A stretch of DNA of 64,000 bases from an uncultured Chloroflexia bacterium (GCA_963835655.1 CAWIGJ010000003.1:305016-369015), one strand, 5' to 3'; positions 27,042 through 37,271 are shown, numbered from the stretch's first letter. Notes: a model not told the origin generated them from the sequence alone. Numbers and translations: made by a program.

Positions 27042-27979
27042 GCGACGCGGCTTCGCTACTGCGGGAGCTTGTGGTTGCCGGTCTAGATCGGGACACGGCG
27101 GTCACCATCGGCGTGTTCGATGGCGTTCACCGCGGACATTTGCATCTTCTGAACGCCCTTCGACAACGTGCTGAGGAGCGCCGGTTGGCCGCCGGGGTCA
27201 TCACGCTGCATCCCCATCCGGCGCTCGTCCTTAACCCGCGGGCGGAGATCGTCTACCTGTCGAGCCTGGAAGAACGCGTCCGATTGCTGCGAGAGAGCGG
27301 CGTCGACTTCGCGCTGCCGCTGACGTTCACGCCGGAGATCGCGCGGCTCTCGGCGGACGAATTCGTCAAGGCGTTGCGCGACCTGCTTCGGATGCGCTTC
27401 CTGCTCATTGGGCCCGACTTCGCGCTGGGTCGGGGACGGCAGGGCGATGCGACGGCGCTGACGGAGATCGGCAAGGAGATCGGGTTCGAGGTTGAACGGG
27501 TGCCGCCGCTAGTCGAAGACGGCATCGCCGTCAGCTCAACGTCGATCCGCACGGCGCTCGATGCCGGCGATGTCGAAACCGTGAACCATTTGCTCGGGAG
27601 GCCATTCTCGTTGCACGGGCCTGTCGTTCGAGGCGTCGAGCGCGGCCACGTGCTGGGCTTTCCGACTGCGAACGTTGCCATCGATACCGGGTTGGCGCTG
27701 CCGCCGTTTGGTGTGTATGTGACGCAGGCTCGAGTTGAGGGTCAGGGATACCCCTCCGTCACTAACATCGGCCGCCGGCCGACGTTCGATAATGGTGAAC
27801 GCACGGTCGAGGTGCATATAATGGACTTTGACGGCGACCTGTACGAGAAAGAAATGCGGGTCGACGTGCTCAAGCGTCTGCGCGGCGAGGTCCGCTTTGA
27901 TAGCGTGGAGACGCTGAGCGAACAGATCCGCCGAGACGTGGTGGATGCCCGCCGCTACTTCGCGGGCAAACAGGTTTAA
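27038..27979 (+). CDS. ribF: Bifunctional riboflavin kinase / FMN adenylyltransferase
   Basis: 313 aa; FAD-synthetase N-domain (GVFDGVHRGH) and riboflavin kinase C-domain (PTANV...GVY). Confidence 0.9.
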   Translation: MSDAASLLRELVVAGLDRDTAVTIGVFDGVHRGHLHLLNALRQRAEERRLAAGVITLHPHPALVLNPRAEIVYLSSLEERVRLLRESGVDFALPLTFTPEIARLSADEFVKALRDLLRMRFLLIGPDFALGRGRQGDATALTEIGKEIGFEVERVPPLVEDGIAVSSTSIRTALDAGDVETVNHLLGRPFSLHGPVVRGVERGHVLGFPTANVAIDTGLALPPFGVYVTQARVEGQGYPSVTNIGRRPTFDNGERTVEVHIMDFDGDLYEKEMRVDVLKRLRGEVRFDSVETLSEQIRRDVVDARRYFAGKQV

Positions 27980-27998
27980 CCTCACAGAGAAGACTGCT

Positions 27999-29273
27999 AT
28001 GCTATCCGTCGATGAACAGGTAAGGCTCCTCATGCGCGGCGTCGTTTACGGCGATGAAGGGGTAGCGCACGCGATGGAGGGCGAGCTGCGGGAGCGGCTG
28101 AGCGAAGGACGGCCCCTGCGCGTCTACCTCGGCATCGACCCGACGGCGCCGGACCTGACGTTGGGCCACACCGTACCGATGCGGAAGCTGCGCCAGTTCC
28201 AGCAGCTCGGTCACGAAGCCGTCCTGCTCATCGGCGGCTTCACGGCGCTCGTCGGCGACCCCAGCGACAAGGACAGCGCGCGCCCGATGCTCACGCTCGA
28301 AGAGATCGAGGCGAACGGGCGCACCTACGCCGAGCAGGCGTTCAAGATACTCGACCGCGAGCGCACGGTCGTTCGCAACAACGCCGAGTGGCTAAGCAAG
28401 CTGACGTTCGAGGAGCTGATAAAGATCGCGTCCAACTTCACCGTCGGGCAGTTCCTGCAGCGCGACAACTTTGCCCTACGACGCGAGCGCGGTGACCCTA
28501 TCTACATGCACGAGTTCTTCTACGCCTTCATGCAGGCCTACGACGCTGTCGCCCTCCAGACCGATGCACAGGTGGGCGCCACCGAGCAGATCTTCAACCT
28601 CATGGCCGGCCGCACCCTCCAGGGAGTCTATGGCCAGCGGCCGCAAATCGCCATCTGCATGCCGATTCTGGTCGGCATCGATGGCCGGCTGCGGATGTCG
28701 AAGAGCCAGGGGAACTACATCGCCCTCAACGACCCGCCGGAGGAGATGTACGGGAAGGTGATGTCGCTGCCGGACGACGTGATGATCGACTACTTCACGC
28801 TGGTGACGGACGTGCCGGAAGAGGAGATCGAGGAGATACGGCGCAAGCTGGCGGAGCGGTCGGTGAACCCGATGGACGTGAAGAAGCGCCTGGCGTGGGA
28901 GATCACCAGCGAAATCCACGGCCCGGAAGCGGCAGGGAAAGCGGAGGAGTCGTTCGAGCGCACGTTCCAGAGGAAAGACGCGAAGGTGAGCGCTGTGACC
29001 GCTACTGCCACTGCGGAAGTGCTAGCACCCGCTGTGACGGTGGAAAACAGACTGCCTTTGGAGCAGGTCAAGCGTTTGGGCCTCCTCAGGGCACTGCTGG
29101 TTGCAAAGCTCATCCCCAGCCGAAGTGAAGGGCGAAGGCTGCTTCGGCAGGGAGCTATTGATGTGGATGGTCAACCCATCGAGAGCTTTGATATTGTTCT
29201 TCACCCTGGAGCTGTCGTCCGCGTAGGAAAGCATCGGTTCCTGCGGATCGTTGACAGCGACAAGCGCGACTGA
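27999..29273 (+). CDS. tyrS: Tyrosine--tRNA ligase
   Basis: HIGH-like (GIDPTAPDLTLGHTVP), KMSKS (RMSKSQ), C-terminal S4-like domain. Confidence 0.9.
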   Translation: MLSVDEQVRLLMRGVVYGDEGVAHAMEGELRERLSEGRPLRVYLGIDPTAPDLTLGHTVPMRKLRQFQQLGHEAVLLIGGFTALVGDPSDKDSARPMLTLEEIEANGRTYAEQAFKILDRERTVVRNNAEWLSKLTFEELIKIASNFTVGQFLQRDNFALRRERGDPIYMHEFFYAFMQAYDAVALQTDAQVGATEQIFNLMAGRTLQGVYGQRPQIAICMPILVGIDGRLRMSKSQGNYIALNDPPEEMYGKVMSLPDDVMIDYFTLVTDVPEEEIEEIRRKLAERSVNPMDVKKRLAWEITSEIHGPEAAGKAEESFERTFQRKDAKVSAVTATATAEVLAPAVTVENRLPLEQVKRLGLLRALLVAKLIPSRSEGRRLLRQGAIDVDGQPIESFDIVLHPGAVVRVGKHRFLRIVDSDKRD

Positions 29274-29296
29274 AGGTCGGTTGCGGGGCGATAGAC

Positions 29297-29782
29297 GTGG
29301 ACTTCGATTTCCAGGTTGATCTCAAGGAGATGGCGAACTCCCTCGACACCGCGGATGTCGTTGCCCTCTACTTCCCGCTCCTCCGCAAAACGCTCATCAT
29401 CGACGCTCGCTCCAGCGCCGTAGACGCGCCGATGGTGAAGATCGTCGAAATGGTGGGCACGGCCGAAGAGCGTTTCCGCTCGCTACGCCGCCTGCGACCC
29501 CGCTTCCCGCGACCGGAAAGCCTGACGCTCATTCCCTGGCCGAAGTACGTTTCCAGCCTTGTCGGGCTGGGAATGTGGGACCATGTCGTCACCCGGTTCA
29601 TCAACCTGGGCTTTCCGGACACTGTCCGCGACTGCGAGGCTTCGCTGGAGACGCTGACGAAACTGGAGAAGGAAGAGGTAGACCGCGCCCTAAAAGGCGA
29701 GAACTACAAGTCGATGTGGGAGGCCAAGCCGGGCGATTGGTCAGAGGGCGAGGGCGACGTGGAGGACGACACGGGCGTATAG
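29297..29782 (+). CDS. Hypothetical protein with acidic C-terminus
   Basis: 161 aa ORF (GTG start), no recognisable family. Confidence 0.35.
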   Translation: MDFDFQVDLKEMANSLDTADVVALYFPLLRKTLIIDARSSAVDAPMVKIVEMVGTAEERFRSLRRLRPRFPRPESLTLIPWPKYVSSLVGLGMWDHVVTRFINLGFPDTVRDCEASLETLTKLEKEEVDRALKGENYKSMWEAKPGDWSEGEGDVEDDTGV

Positions 29783-29862
29783 CGACGGCGTGTGAGCGGC
29801 TGGATACGGCGAGCCGAGGCTGAAAGGCCCCGGCTTTGTGTTTGTTAGGGAGGAGAGGGCGG

Positions 29863-31936
29863 CTACGACGCCTTCGCGTCCTCTTTCGCCTTGTCGATGA
29901 TCTTCTGGGCCAGGTGAGCCGGCACCTCTTCGTAGTGATCGAACTCCAGGGTGTAGTGGCCGCGGCCCTGAGTGATCGACCGCAGGTCCGTCGCGTAGCG
30001 CTGCACTTCCGCCAACGGCACCTGCGCCTCGATGACGCTGTAGCCGTCCTGCGGCGTTATCCCCAGCACCTTGGCGCGCTTGCTATTGAGGTCGCCCATG
30101 GCGTCGCCCGTGTTCGCCTCGGGGACGGTGACGCGCAAGTTCATGATCGGCTCGACGAGGATGGGCTTGCCCTGGTTCACTCCCTGCTTCAGAGCGGCTG
30201 AGCCGGCGATCTTGAACGCCATTTCCGATGAGTCGACCGGGTGCTCCTTGCCGTCGAACAGTGTGACCTTCACGTCGACCAGCGGGTAGCGGGCGATCAC
30301 GCCCTCCTGCATCGCCTCCGACACGCCCTTCTCGACGGCCGGGATGTAGGTCTTGGGCACGACGCCGCCGACGATCTTATCCTCGAACTGAAAGCCGCTG
30401 CCACGAGGCAGGGGTTCGAGCTTGATGGCAACGCGGGCGTACTGACCGTGACCGCCGGTCTGCTTCTTGTGCGTGTACTCTGAGGTTGCGGGCGCGGTGA
30501 TGGTCTCCTTGTATGGCACCTTCGGGGTAGTCAGCTCAAGGCCGACGCCGAACTTGCGCTGCACCTTCTCGACGGTCACCTCCAGGTGCGGCTCACCAAG
30601 GCCGGAGAGAATCGTCTCGTTGGTGTCGGCGTCACGATGGACGCGCAAGGTCGGGTCTTCCTCGACGATACGGGTGAGGGCGCTGCCCATCTTGTCGAGG
30701 TCGGCCTTCGTCCTGGGATGGACGGCGGCGCTGAAGGCGGGCGTCGGGAAGGTGATAGGCGGCAGGATGAGCGGCCGCTCCTTCGTCGCCAGAGTATCGC
30801 CGGTCGAGGTCTCCGCGAGCTTGGCCAGGGCGCCGATGTCACCGGCGGCCAGTTGCGCGACGGGCTCCTGCGTTTTCCCACGCAAGACGAAGAGCTGGCC
30901 GATGCGCTCGGCGGTCGCCTTGTTCGAGTTCCAGGCCGTCGAATCGCCCTTCAGGGTGCCGGAGTAGACGCGCAGGTAGGTCAGCTTGCCGACGTAGGGG
31001 TCGGCGGCGGTCTTGAAGACGAGAGCCGCCAGCGGGCCGGAGGCATCGGCTTTGACCTCCTCTTCCTGCTTGGTGGAAGCGTTCTTGGCCCTGGCGGGCG
31101 GGCGCTCCTTGGGCGAAGGGAAGTAGCTGGCGATGGTGTTGAGAAGCGGCGCGGTGCCGATATTCTTCGCGGCGGCGCCGGTGAGCACGGGGACGATGGC
31201 GCCGGATGCGATTCCCAACCCGCAGGCCGCGCGTTAGCTCTTCGTCGGAGAGCTCCGTGCCGTCGAGGTACTTCGTCAGGAGCTCGTCGTCGGTCTCGGC
31301 GACGGCTTCGACGAGCTGCTCGCGGTAGCGGGCGGCCTGGTCGGAGAGGGCGTCGGGAACGGCGCCTTCGGTCGCTTTGTCGCCGGAGTAGGCTTTGCCA
31401 GCAAGGATGTCGACGACGCCGGTGAAGGTGCTTTGGGCGCCGATAGGCACCTGGACGGCGACGCACTTCTTGCCGAAGCGCGACTGCACCTGGGAGAAGG
31501 CCTGGGCGAAGTCGGCGTTCTCACGGTCCATGCGGTCGATGAGGACGGCGCGCGGGAGGTCGGCCTCGTCGGCGAAGGCCCAGCAGTGCTCGGTGCCGAC
31601 TTCGACGCCGGATGAGGCGTCGACGAGGACGAGGGCGGCGTCGGCGGCGCGAATGGCGGCCTTCATCTCGCCGACGAAGTCAGCGTAGCCAGGGGCGTCG
31701 ATGACGTTCAGCTTCCGGTTCTGCCACTCGCAGGGCAGGAGGGAGAGGCTGATGCTGATGGTGCGCTTGGCCTCGTCGGGGTCGAAGTCGGAGGTTGTGG
31801 TGCCGTCTTCGACGGAGCCGAGGCGGTTGATGGCGCCGGAGGTGAAGAGCATGGCCTCGGCGAGGGTGGTCTTGCCGGTGCCGCCGTGGCCGATGAGGAC
31901 AACGTTACGTACGTCCTCTGTCTTATAGTCTTTCAT
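29863..31936 (-). CDS. Elongation factor G-like translational GTPase (EF-G paralog) with apparent frameshift near 31220-31245
   Basis: N-terminal G-domain (GHGGTGKTT, DAPGYADF) in ORF 30839..31936; domains II-V (IASGAIVPVLTGAAAKN...) in ORF 29863..31218, shifted by one nt around a GGGAA run. Confidence 0.8.
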
Positions 31937-32207
31937 CGGGGGATACTCCTGTGCGCAGGCTTCAGGGGTATGTTAGCGGAATCGGAGGGGACTGGCAAGA
32001 AGAGGCGGGATGAGGCGCGCAGGGTGAGGAGAGGTTTGATTGTCTGGTTGAATTCAATGTTTTTTCGCGTCTCCTCCGGTCCTTCCACACGAAGAGACGG
32101 AGTACGAGGGGCGGCGAGAAGAGGACACGAAAAGGCACGGCAATATCCCTCGGCATCCGCACGATAGCAGAAGCGGTAGGGAAGTCTGAGGGCTTCGCGT
32201 CACCTCG

Positions 32208-33072
32208 TTAGTGTGTTGGCATTCGGCGGCGAAGGGCGAGGCCGAAGGCGGTCGCGACAAAGCCCAAAGTGCCGAGCAGGAGGGCGAGACTGGCCCACGC
32301 AACACTCCCGGAGGAGGCAGTGCCGGTGCCGACGCTCGGCAGGCCTGCGCCGCTGCCGCCGACCGGCGCGAACGTCAGATTGAGCTGCTGCGGATCAGAC
32401 ACGCCATCCCAAGCATGCTACACGCCCGTCTCGTTGGCGACGGCGAGATATTCCCTTGTGCATCGAGGAGCTTGAACGCAACTTGCGATCCCTCCGCTCC
32501 GCAACTGGCCTGTTGCGCATTTGAATACACGATAGCCCCATACCCATCGCCGGTGGGAGCTAGCAGCGCGTAGCCACACGCGGTATTCCCGATGTAAGGT
32601 ATAACCGCTTCGGCGGTAGGCACCCTATTGGGCCCGAGTTTCCCGCCGAAGCGAGCGAAGGCAGCGTCCCGCAACTAGATTGAGGAACTGCGTGCCGCCG
32701 GCGTGCCATATGGCCGTTTGCGCAGCAGATTGATCAACGAGGAAATCGACGACGGCTCCCTCTTTACCGCACCCGGGTACGATCTCATCGGATACCACCT
32801 GTAGTGAGTACACGGGAACATTGCTGTCGGGGCCGAAACCCGCGACGAGGGCTCGCTGCAGACGAGTCCACCGATCTTCCCACGATGGGGCCAAGCGAAG
32901 TGTGGGCATTAAGCCAGGCTGTGCCCGTAAAGGTTGCCAGTTGTTGGGAAGTGGGGGTCGGTGGCGTTGTTGGGGTTGCGGCGGGCTGTTGCGTGAGAGT
33001 AGGCGTCGGTGTGGCTGCATGCGCGGCGGCAGCGATTGAGATTGAAGCTGCGACGGCGACTGCGAGGCACAT
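32208..33072 (-). pseudogene. Secreted two-domain LPxTG-type protein family, copy IV (disrupted by at least 3 frameshifts and one TAG; proper anchor and stop at 32208)
   Basis: Signal peptide + TPTPT linker at 33072; domains PGCGKEGAVVDF...WHAG and ASCGAEGSQVAFKLLDAQGN...PQQLNLTF; C-terminus GLPSVGTG...hydrophobic...RRRMPTH-stop. Confidence 0.5.
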
Positions 33073-33179
33073 AGCGTCCGGATCTCTCGCGTAGCCGTCA
33101 TGTGACGACCTCCTTGTGGCTGTGTTTTCGCGCGGCGATGCTCAGTACTTCGTCGCCCGGCTGCTAAAGGCGAGGCCGG

Positions 33180-33940
33180 AGACGGTGACGGCCTCAGAGA
33201 ACCCAGCAGGAGGGCGAGGCCGGTCAAGAGAGAGGCTTCGGGCGAGCCGTCGCCGGTGTTTGGCAAACTGGCGCCGCTGCCGCCGACCGGCGCAAAGGTC
33301 AGGTTGAGTTGCTGCGGTGCTGAAACGCCATCCCAAGCATGCCAGACTCCCGTCTGGTTAGCGACGGCAACAACGTTGCCTTGGGCGTCGAGAAGTTTGA
33401 AGGTGACCGAGTTGCCTCCGGTGCCACAGCTCGCTTGCTGGTCGGTGGAATACACCACCGCCCGTAATTGTCCGTGTGTTATTCAGCGACGCATATCCGC
33501 ATTGAACGTTTCCTACATAGGGAACAATGACTTCCCCAGCGGGGAGTCTTGCGGAACCAGGCGCGCCCGTGAACAGGGCGAAGGAGGGACCAATTATGAG
33601 GTCGATATGCTCATCTTCTCCAGCGTGCCAGACGGCTGTTTGCGGGGCTTGTTGAGTGCCAACGAAGAAAGTGATGAGCGCCCCGTCGTGCCCGCAACCA
33701 GGCACTGCGTCTTCCGAAGGAACGGACAAGCTGTACACAGGAGCATTTGTGTCAGGAGGGGTTATGAAAGGCGCCTTTTCAAGCGCGCAAGTGGTACTTC
33801 CGATCTTGGCAGCAACGTCCTGTCTACAGGTGCGTTGCCACGCTGCTCCGAAGAAGCGGAGCAGGGGCGCAGCTAGAAGTGGGTGTGGCGTAGCTGCATT
33901 GAGGGCAGCGGCGTGGAGCGCAGCGTGGCGACGAGGCATA
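33180..33940 (-). pseudogene. LPxTG-type protein family, copy III (no own signal peptide; domain 1 and domain 2 in different frames; LPNTG anchor without stop)
   Basis: dom1 VPGCGHDGALITFFVG...WHAG (ORF 33358..34302 frame), dom2 ASCGTGGNSVTFKLLDAQGN...LNLTFAPVGGSGASLPNTGDGS (ORF 32625..33458 frame). Confidence 0.4.
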
Positions 33941-34794
33941 CGTCTGCGTTGTCGCCGGCGGTGTGTGCGCGCGGCGTGCCGCGCGCGCGGGGCGGGCGCG
34001 AGGCCGAGAGCGAGCGGAGGGCAGGCTCGCCCAGGGAAGGCCTTCGGGTGAGCCGTCGCCGGTGTTTGGCAAACCGGCGCCGCTTCGGCGCTGGTACCGA
34101 AGGTCAGGTTGAGCGGCGGCGGCTCGTTGATGCCGTCCCAGGCGTGCCAGGTACCCGTCTCATTTGCGACTGCGAAGACGTTTCCTCGCGCGTCAAGAAT
34201 CTTGAAGGTGACCTGGGCTCTTCCGTCCCGCAGCCAGGTTGCTGACTGGGGGAGAGAACGTCGGCCTCGTATCCAGCCGGACCCCAGTAGCCAAAACCGC
34301 ATCGTGTCGCGCCGACAAAAGGCACCAGCTGTGAACCGGGAGACGGTTGTTTCGACAAAGAGCCGTCGAAGCGGGCGAAAGGATTGCCGGCGACGAAAAA
34401 CATAAATTGCTGAGCGCCGCGTGCCAAGCAGCGGTCTCGACTGCCTGCTGGTCTCCTACGAAGAAGGTGACCTGGGCTCCTTCGGTCCCACAACCGGGCA
34501 CCACCTCGGCAGACGGCACTCTCAGCGTAAAGAGCAGCCGATTTGCCCGTCCGTGGGGACGACGGGATTCGAGTCGGTCGCACAGACTGTGTCACCCACC
34601 CTGGCCGTCATCGTCTGTCCCTGGCAGAGTTGGGCGTTGAGCCAGCAACTGCCCCTAAAGGTTGAGTTGATCAGGTGAGGGATGTTTGGCGGGGTTTGAC
34701 TGGGTGGAGTTGCGGCAGTTGCTGCGGTGATCGAGAGAACAAACGAAGCCATTCCGACAACGATTGCTGAAAGATGACCTAGTCTGGGCATCAT
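33940..34794 (-). pseudogene. LPxTG-type protein family, copy II (signal peptide at 34794; multiple frameshifts)
   Basis: MMPRLGHLSAIVVGMASFVLSITAATAATPP... then VVPGCGTEGAQVTFFVGDQQ...; FARFDGSL...PGCGTE; ...FKILDARGNVFAVANETGTWHAWDG...LNLTFG; LPNTGDGSPEG. Confidence 0.45.
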
Positions 34795-34887
34795 AGCTCC
34801 TCCAGGGGATGCGATTGCTTCGTTTATAAGAACGCTTTATTCGTCGAAAAGTTAACGCTTAGCGGAAAAAGATGATGTGGAGAAGCT

Positions 34888-35070
34888 CTACTCCTGCGAC
34901 TGGAACGAGCGCGTGGCAAGCGAGGGGCGCGCAGTGGCGAAGGAGGAGGCCGATGCGGTCGGTGCTGCGGTAGGAGTGGGCGTGGGCGTGGGCGTTGCGG
35001 CATTCGCAGACGTATGCGTAGACGCCAGCAAGAGTATGGGGGGAGCCATCAGTACTGCGGCAATTCGCAT
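34888..35070 (-). pseudogene. Truncated family member: signal peptide + TPTPTPT linker then stop
   Basis: MRIAAVLMAPPILLLASTHTSANAATPTPTPTPTAAPTASAS... 61 codons. Confidence 0.4.
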
Positions 35071-35087
35071 CCCGCCCTCCTTGGCCC

Positions 35088-35613
35088 TTAAGCTGACTTC
35101 CTTGACAGTCTCACCTGGCGCAGCTTCTCTAGGATCCACATGCGGGCGAGAGTCGTGGGACCGACGCCCAATTCGTGGGCCTCGCGTCGCAGTTCCTCCC
35201 ACGTGTCTGAAGGTAAGCGGACGGGGATGACTTTGTCGAGCGGACGCTTCACCTCGACCTTCACGACCTCGTCGGTCTCGCGCCAGGCGTCGCCCTCCTC
35301 GACTCTAATCTCTGCTTTCACGTCACTCACGTTGGTCTCCTGTCTCACGTCGATAGAGCCGGCGTCCTGGCCAGTCATCTGTCGCGCGGTGACGATTCTC
35401 CAAACGCCTCCGCCTCGATCCGCCAGGACAACCAGCAGGTAGCGTCCGGCTTCCGTCCGACTGAATACCTTGTATAGACCCTCGCGGCCTCGACGCACAT
35501 GGCGAAGAAGCGAATAGCAGGCCTCTTCCGCTTCATCAAACGTGACACCGTGCGCCGTCTCGATCTTGTCCAGAACCTGGTCGTCGATCTCAAGCGCTTC
35601 GATACGATGCACG
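35088..35613 (-). CDS. brnTA: BrnT (DUF497 RNase toxin)-BrnA (RHH antitoxin) module, apparently fused in one reading frame
   Basis: BrnT-like IDDQVLDKIETAHGVTFDEAEEA...GRYLLVVLADRGGGVWRIVTARQ continuing in frame into BrnA-like ...KVIPVRLPSDTWEELRREAHELGVGPTTLARMWILEKL; probable GTG start about 35613. Confidence 0.6.
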
Positions 35614-35635
35614 TCTAGCGCCTCTGGCTCATAGT

Positions 35636-35651
35636 GTATACATATGTATAC
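35636..35651. promoter_or_regulatory. Perfect 16-bp AT-rich palindrome GTATACATATGTATAC immediately upstream of brnTA
   Basis: Self-complementary; only strongly AT-rich block in the region; candidate BrnA operator. Confidence 0.5.
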
Positions 35652-35683
35652 ATCGTAAGGAGGATGCACCGACGAGATACCTG

Positions 35684-36139
35684 TTATGCTCTCGCCTTCT
35701 CGGCCTCGAGCTGGGCATAAACGGGGTTGCCCTTGCCTCGGTACCAGTGACGCATGTGCTGAGCAAGTGGTTCCGAGGACCAGGTCGCGGCAACGCACGT
35801 GACGCCCTGCTCCGCGAGGAGAGCGAGCAAGAAGTCGAGCTTGCTCTTGTTGGGGGCGAGCCGGTCAACGCGGTCAACGATCAGGATATCAAAGGCAGGG
35901 TCCGATAGCAGGGCGACAAGCCCCGGTCTATTGAGACCGTCGCTGGCCCAGCTCATGTCCTCGTGGATGCTCTGAAGCTGCCATTTGTGGGCCTCAGCGA
36001 AGGAGGAGATATGTGCCTCCTGAACGTGGGGCGGCGTCCGCTTCTTGCCCATCTCCTCGAAATCCTGCCTGACGTATCCGACGGCACGAGGCCTCCGCTG
36101 CCAGGCGCGTGGATCTGATAGCGTCCAGTTAGGATTCAT
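35684..36139 (-). CDS. Serine-recombinase (resolvase) catalytic-domain-like protein, short, non-canonical nucleophile position
   Basis: AVGYVRQDF...ASDGLNRPGLVALLSD...FDILIVDRVDRLAPNKSKLDFLLALLAEQGV resembles resolvase N-domain but YVR-QDF replaces the usual YxRVS(T/S); no HTH domain. Confidence 0.5.
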   Translation of the reverse strand: MNPNWTLSDPRAWQRRPRAVGYVRQDFEEMGKKRTPPHVQEAHISSFAEAHKWQLQSIHEDMSWASDGLNRPGLVALLSDPAFDILIVDRVDRLAPNKSKLDFLLALLAEQGVTCVAATWSSEPLAQHMRHWYRGKGNPVYAQLEAEKARA

Positions 36140-36292
36140 GGGTGCCCCAGCGGAGGAACGTCCGCGTGGCGAGTATCACGGCCGCGCACGCCATGCGCGT
36201 ACCTTCTCCAGTTTCCAGAAAGCAATGTTCAGGCCACGCTCCGCATCGGCGTACTGGACAAGAGGCTCCATGACAGCGCCATCTTACACCGT

Positions 36293-37182
36293 TCAGGCAG
36301 GTCCGCCAAAGCTCGGTGCTCCAGTAGTGGCGGAGGGGACGCGGAAGGCGGTCGCGACAAAGCCCAGGGAAGCCAGCAAAAGCGGAAGGCCGGCCCAGAG
36401 AGGCCCCCCGGTGGAAGTGCCGCCGGTGCCGGTGTTTGGCAAACCGGCGCCGCTGCTGCTACCGAAGGTCAGGTTTAGCTGCTGCGGCCCAGACACGCCA
36501 TCCACGCATGCATGTACCTGTCTCGTTCGCGACCGCAACGACGTTCCCCTGAGCATCGAGAAACTTGAACGTGATGGGCGCGCCTTCGACGCCACAGCCT
36601 GCTTTCTGTTGCGCAGAGTAAGCGATGTCAGTGTAGCCGACGAGCTGACCAATGCAGGGCGGCGGGAGTGCTTCATTAAACTCCTCGGTGCCACACGATG
36701 CTCCGTTTATGAGGGAACGACCGCCTCGGGCTCATGCAGGTCACAGGTGTGCTGCCTGAGAACAGGGAGAAGGCAACGCCCACGATAAGGTTCAGTTGTG
36801 TATCCGTGCCCGCATGCCATATCGCTGTCTGCGCAGCCTGCCGACCGTCGATCAAGAACGTGATCAGGGCTCCGCTGCCGCAGCCTGGCGTGATGCTGGT
36901 GGAGACAACATCGACTTGATACTTCAGCGGCGCATCTGCAATTGGGATGGGACCTCCTGTGCCGCAAACGACGCTGCCAATCTTGGCGACGATGGTTCCC
37001 CTTGATAGCTGGCTGTCGCCCCATGATTCGCCGTGGAACCGCGCGACCTGTTGGAGCGAAGGGGTCGCTGTCAATCCGGGTGTCGCGGTGGGTGTAGGCG
37101 TCGCGGCTCTGGTGATGTTGGTGACAGCTGCAAACAGTCCGACGGAGAGGGCCACGAGCACAAACGGAGACGGCTTTTTCAT
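36293..37182 (-). pseudogene. LPxTG-type protein family, copy I (own promoter/RBS, signal peptide; at least 4 frame changes)
   Basis: MKKPSPFVLVALSVGLFAAVTNITRAATPTPTATP...; dom1 ITPGCGSGALITFLIDGRQAAQTAIWHAG; dom2 GCGVEGAPITFKFLDAQGNVVAVANETG / VDGVSGPQQLNLTFGSSSGAGLPNTG... in three different frames. Confidence 0.5.
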
Positions 37183-37271
37183 CGCGCTCCTCCAGATCAG
37201 AAGATGCCTTCACTAGAAAGAACGTTATAGTCCAACCGACTCTTAGCGGAAAAAGACGATGCGGGGAAGCT

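Noticed and set aside
32208-37182. Interpreting the LPNTG copies as one giant multi-repeat surface protein, or as programmed ribosomal frameshifting
   Set aside because: Each unit carries its own signal peptide or promoter, or an internal anchor plus a positively charged tail, which is incompatible with one mature protein. The number and irregular positions of frame changes (1-4 per copy, plus a TAG) do not fit a programmed slippery-site mechanism.
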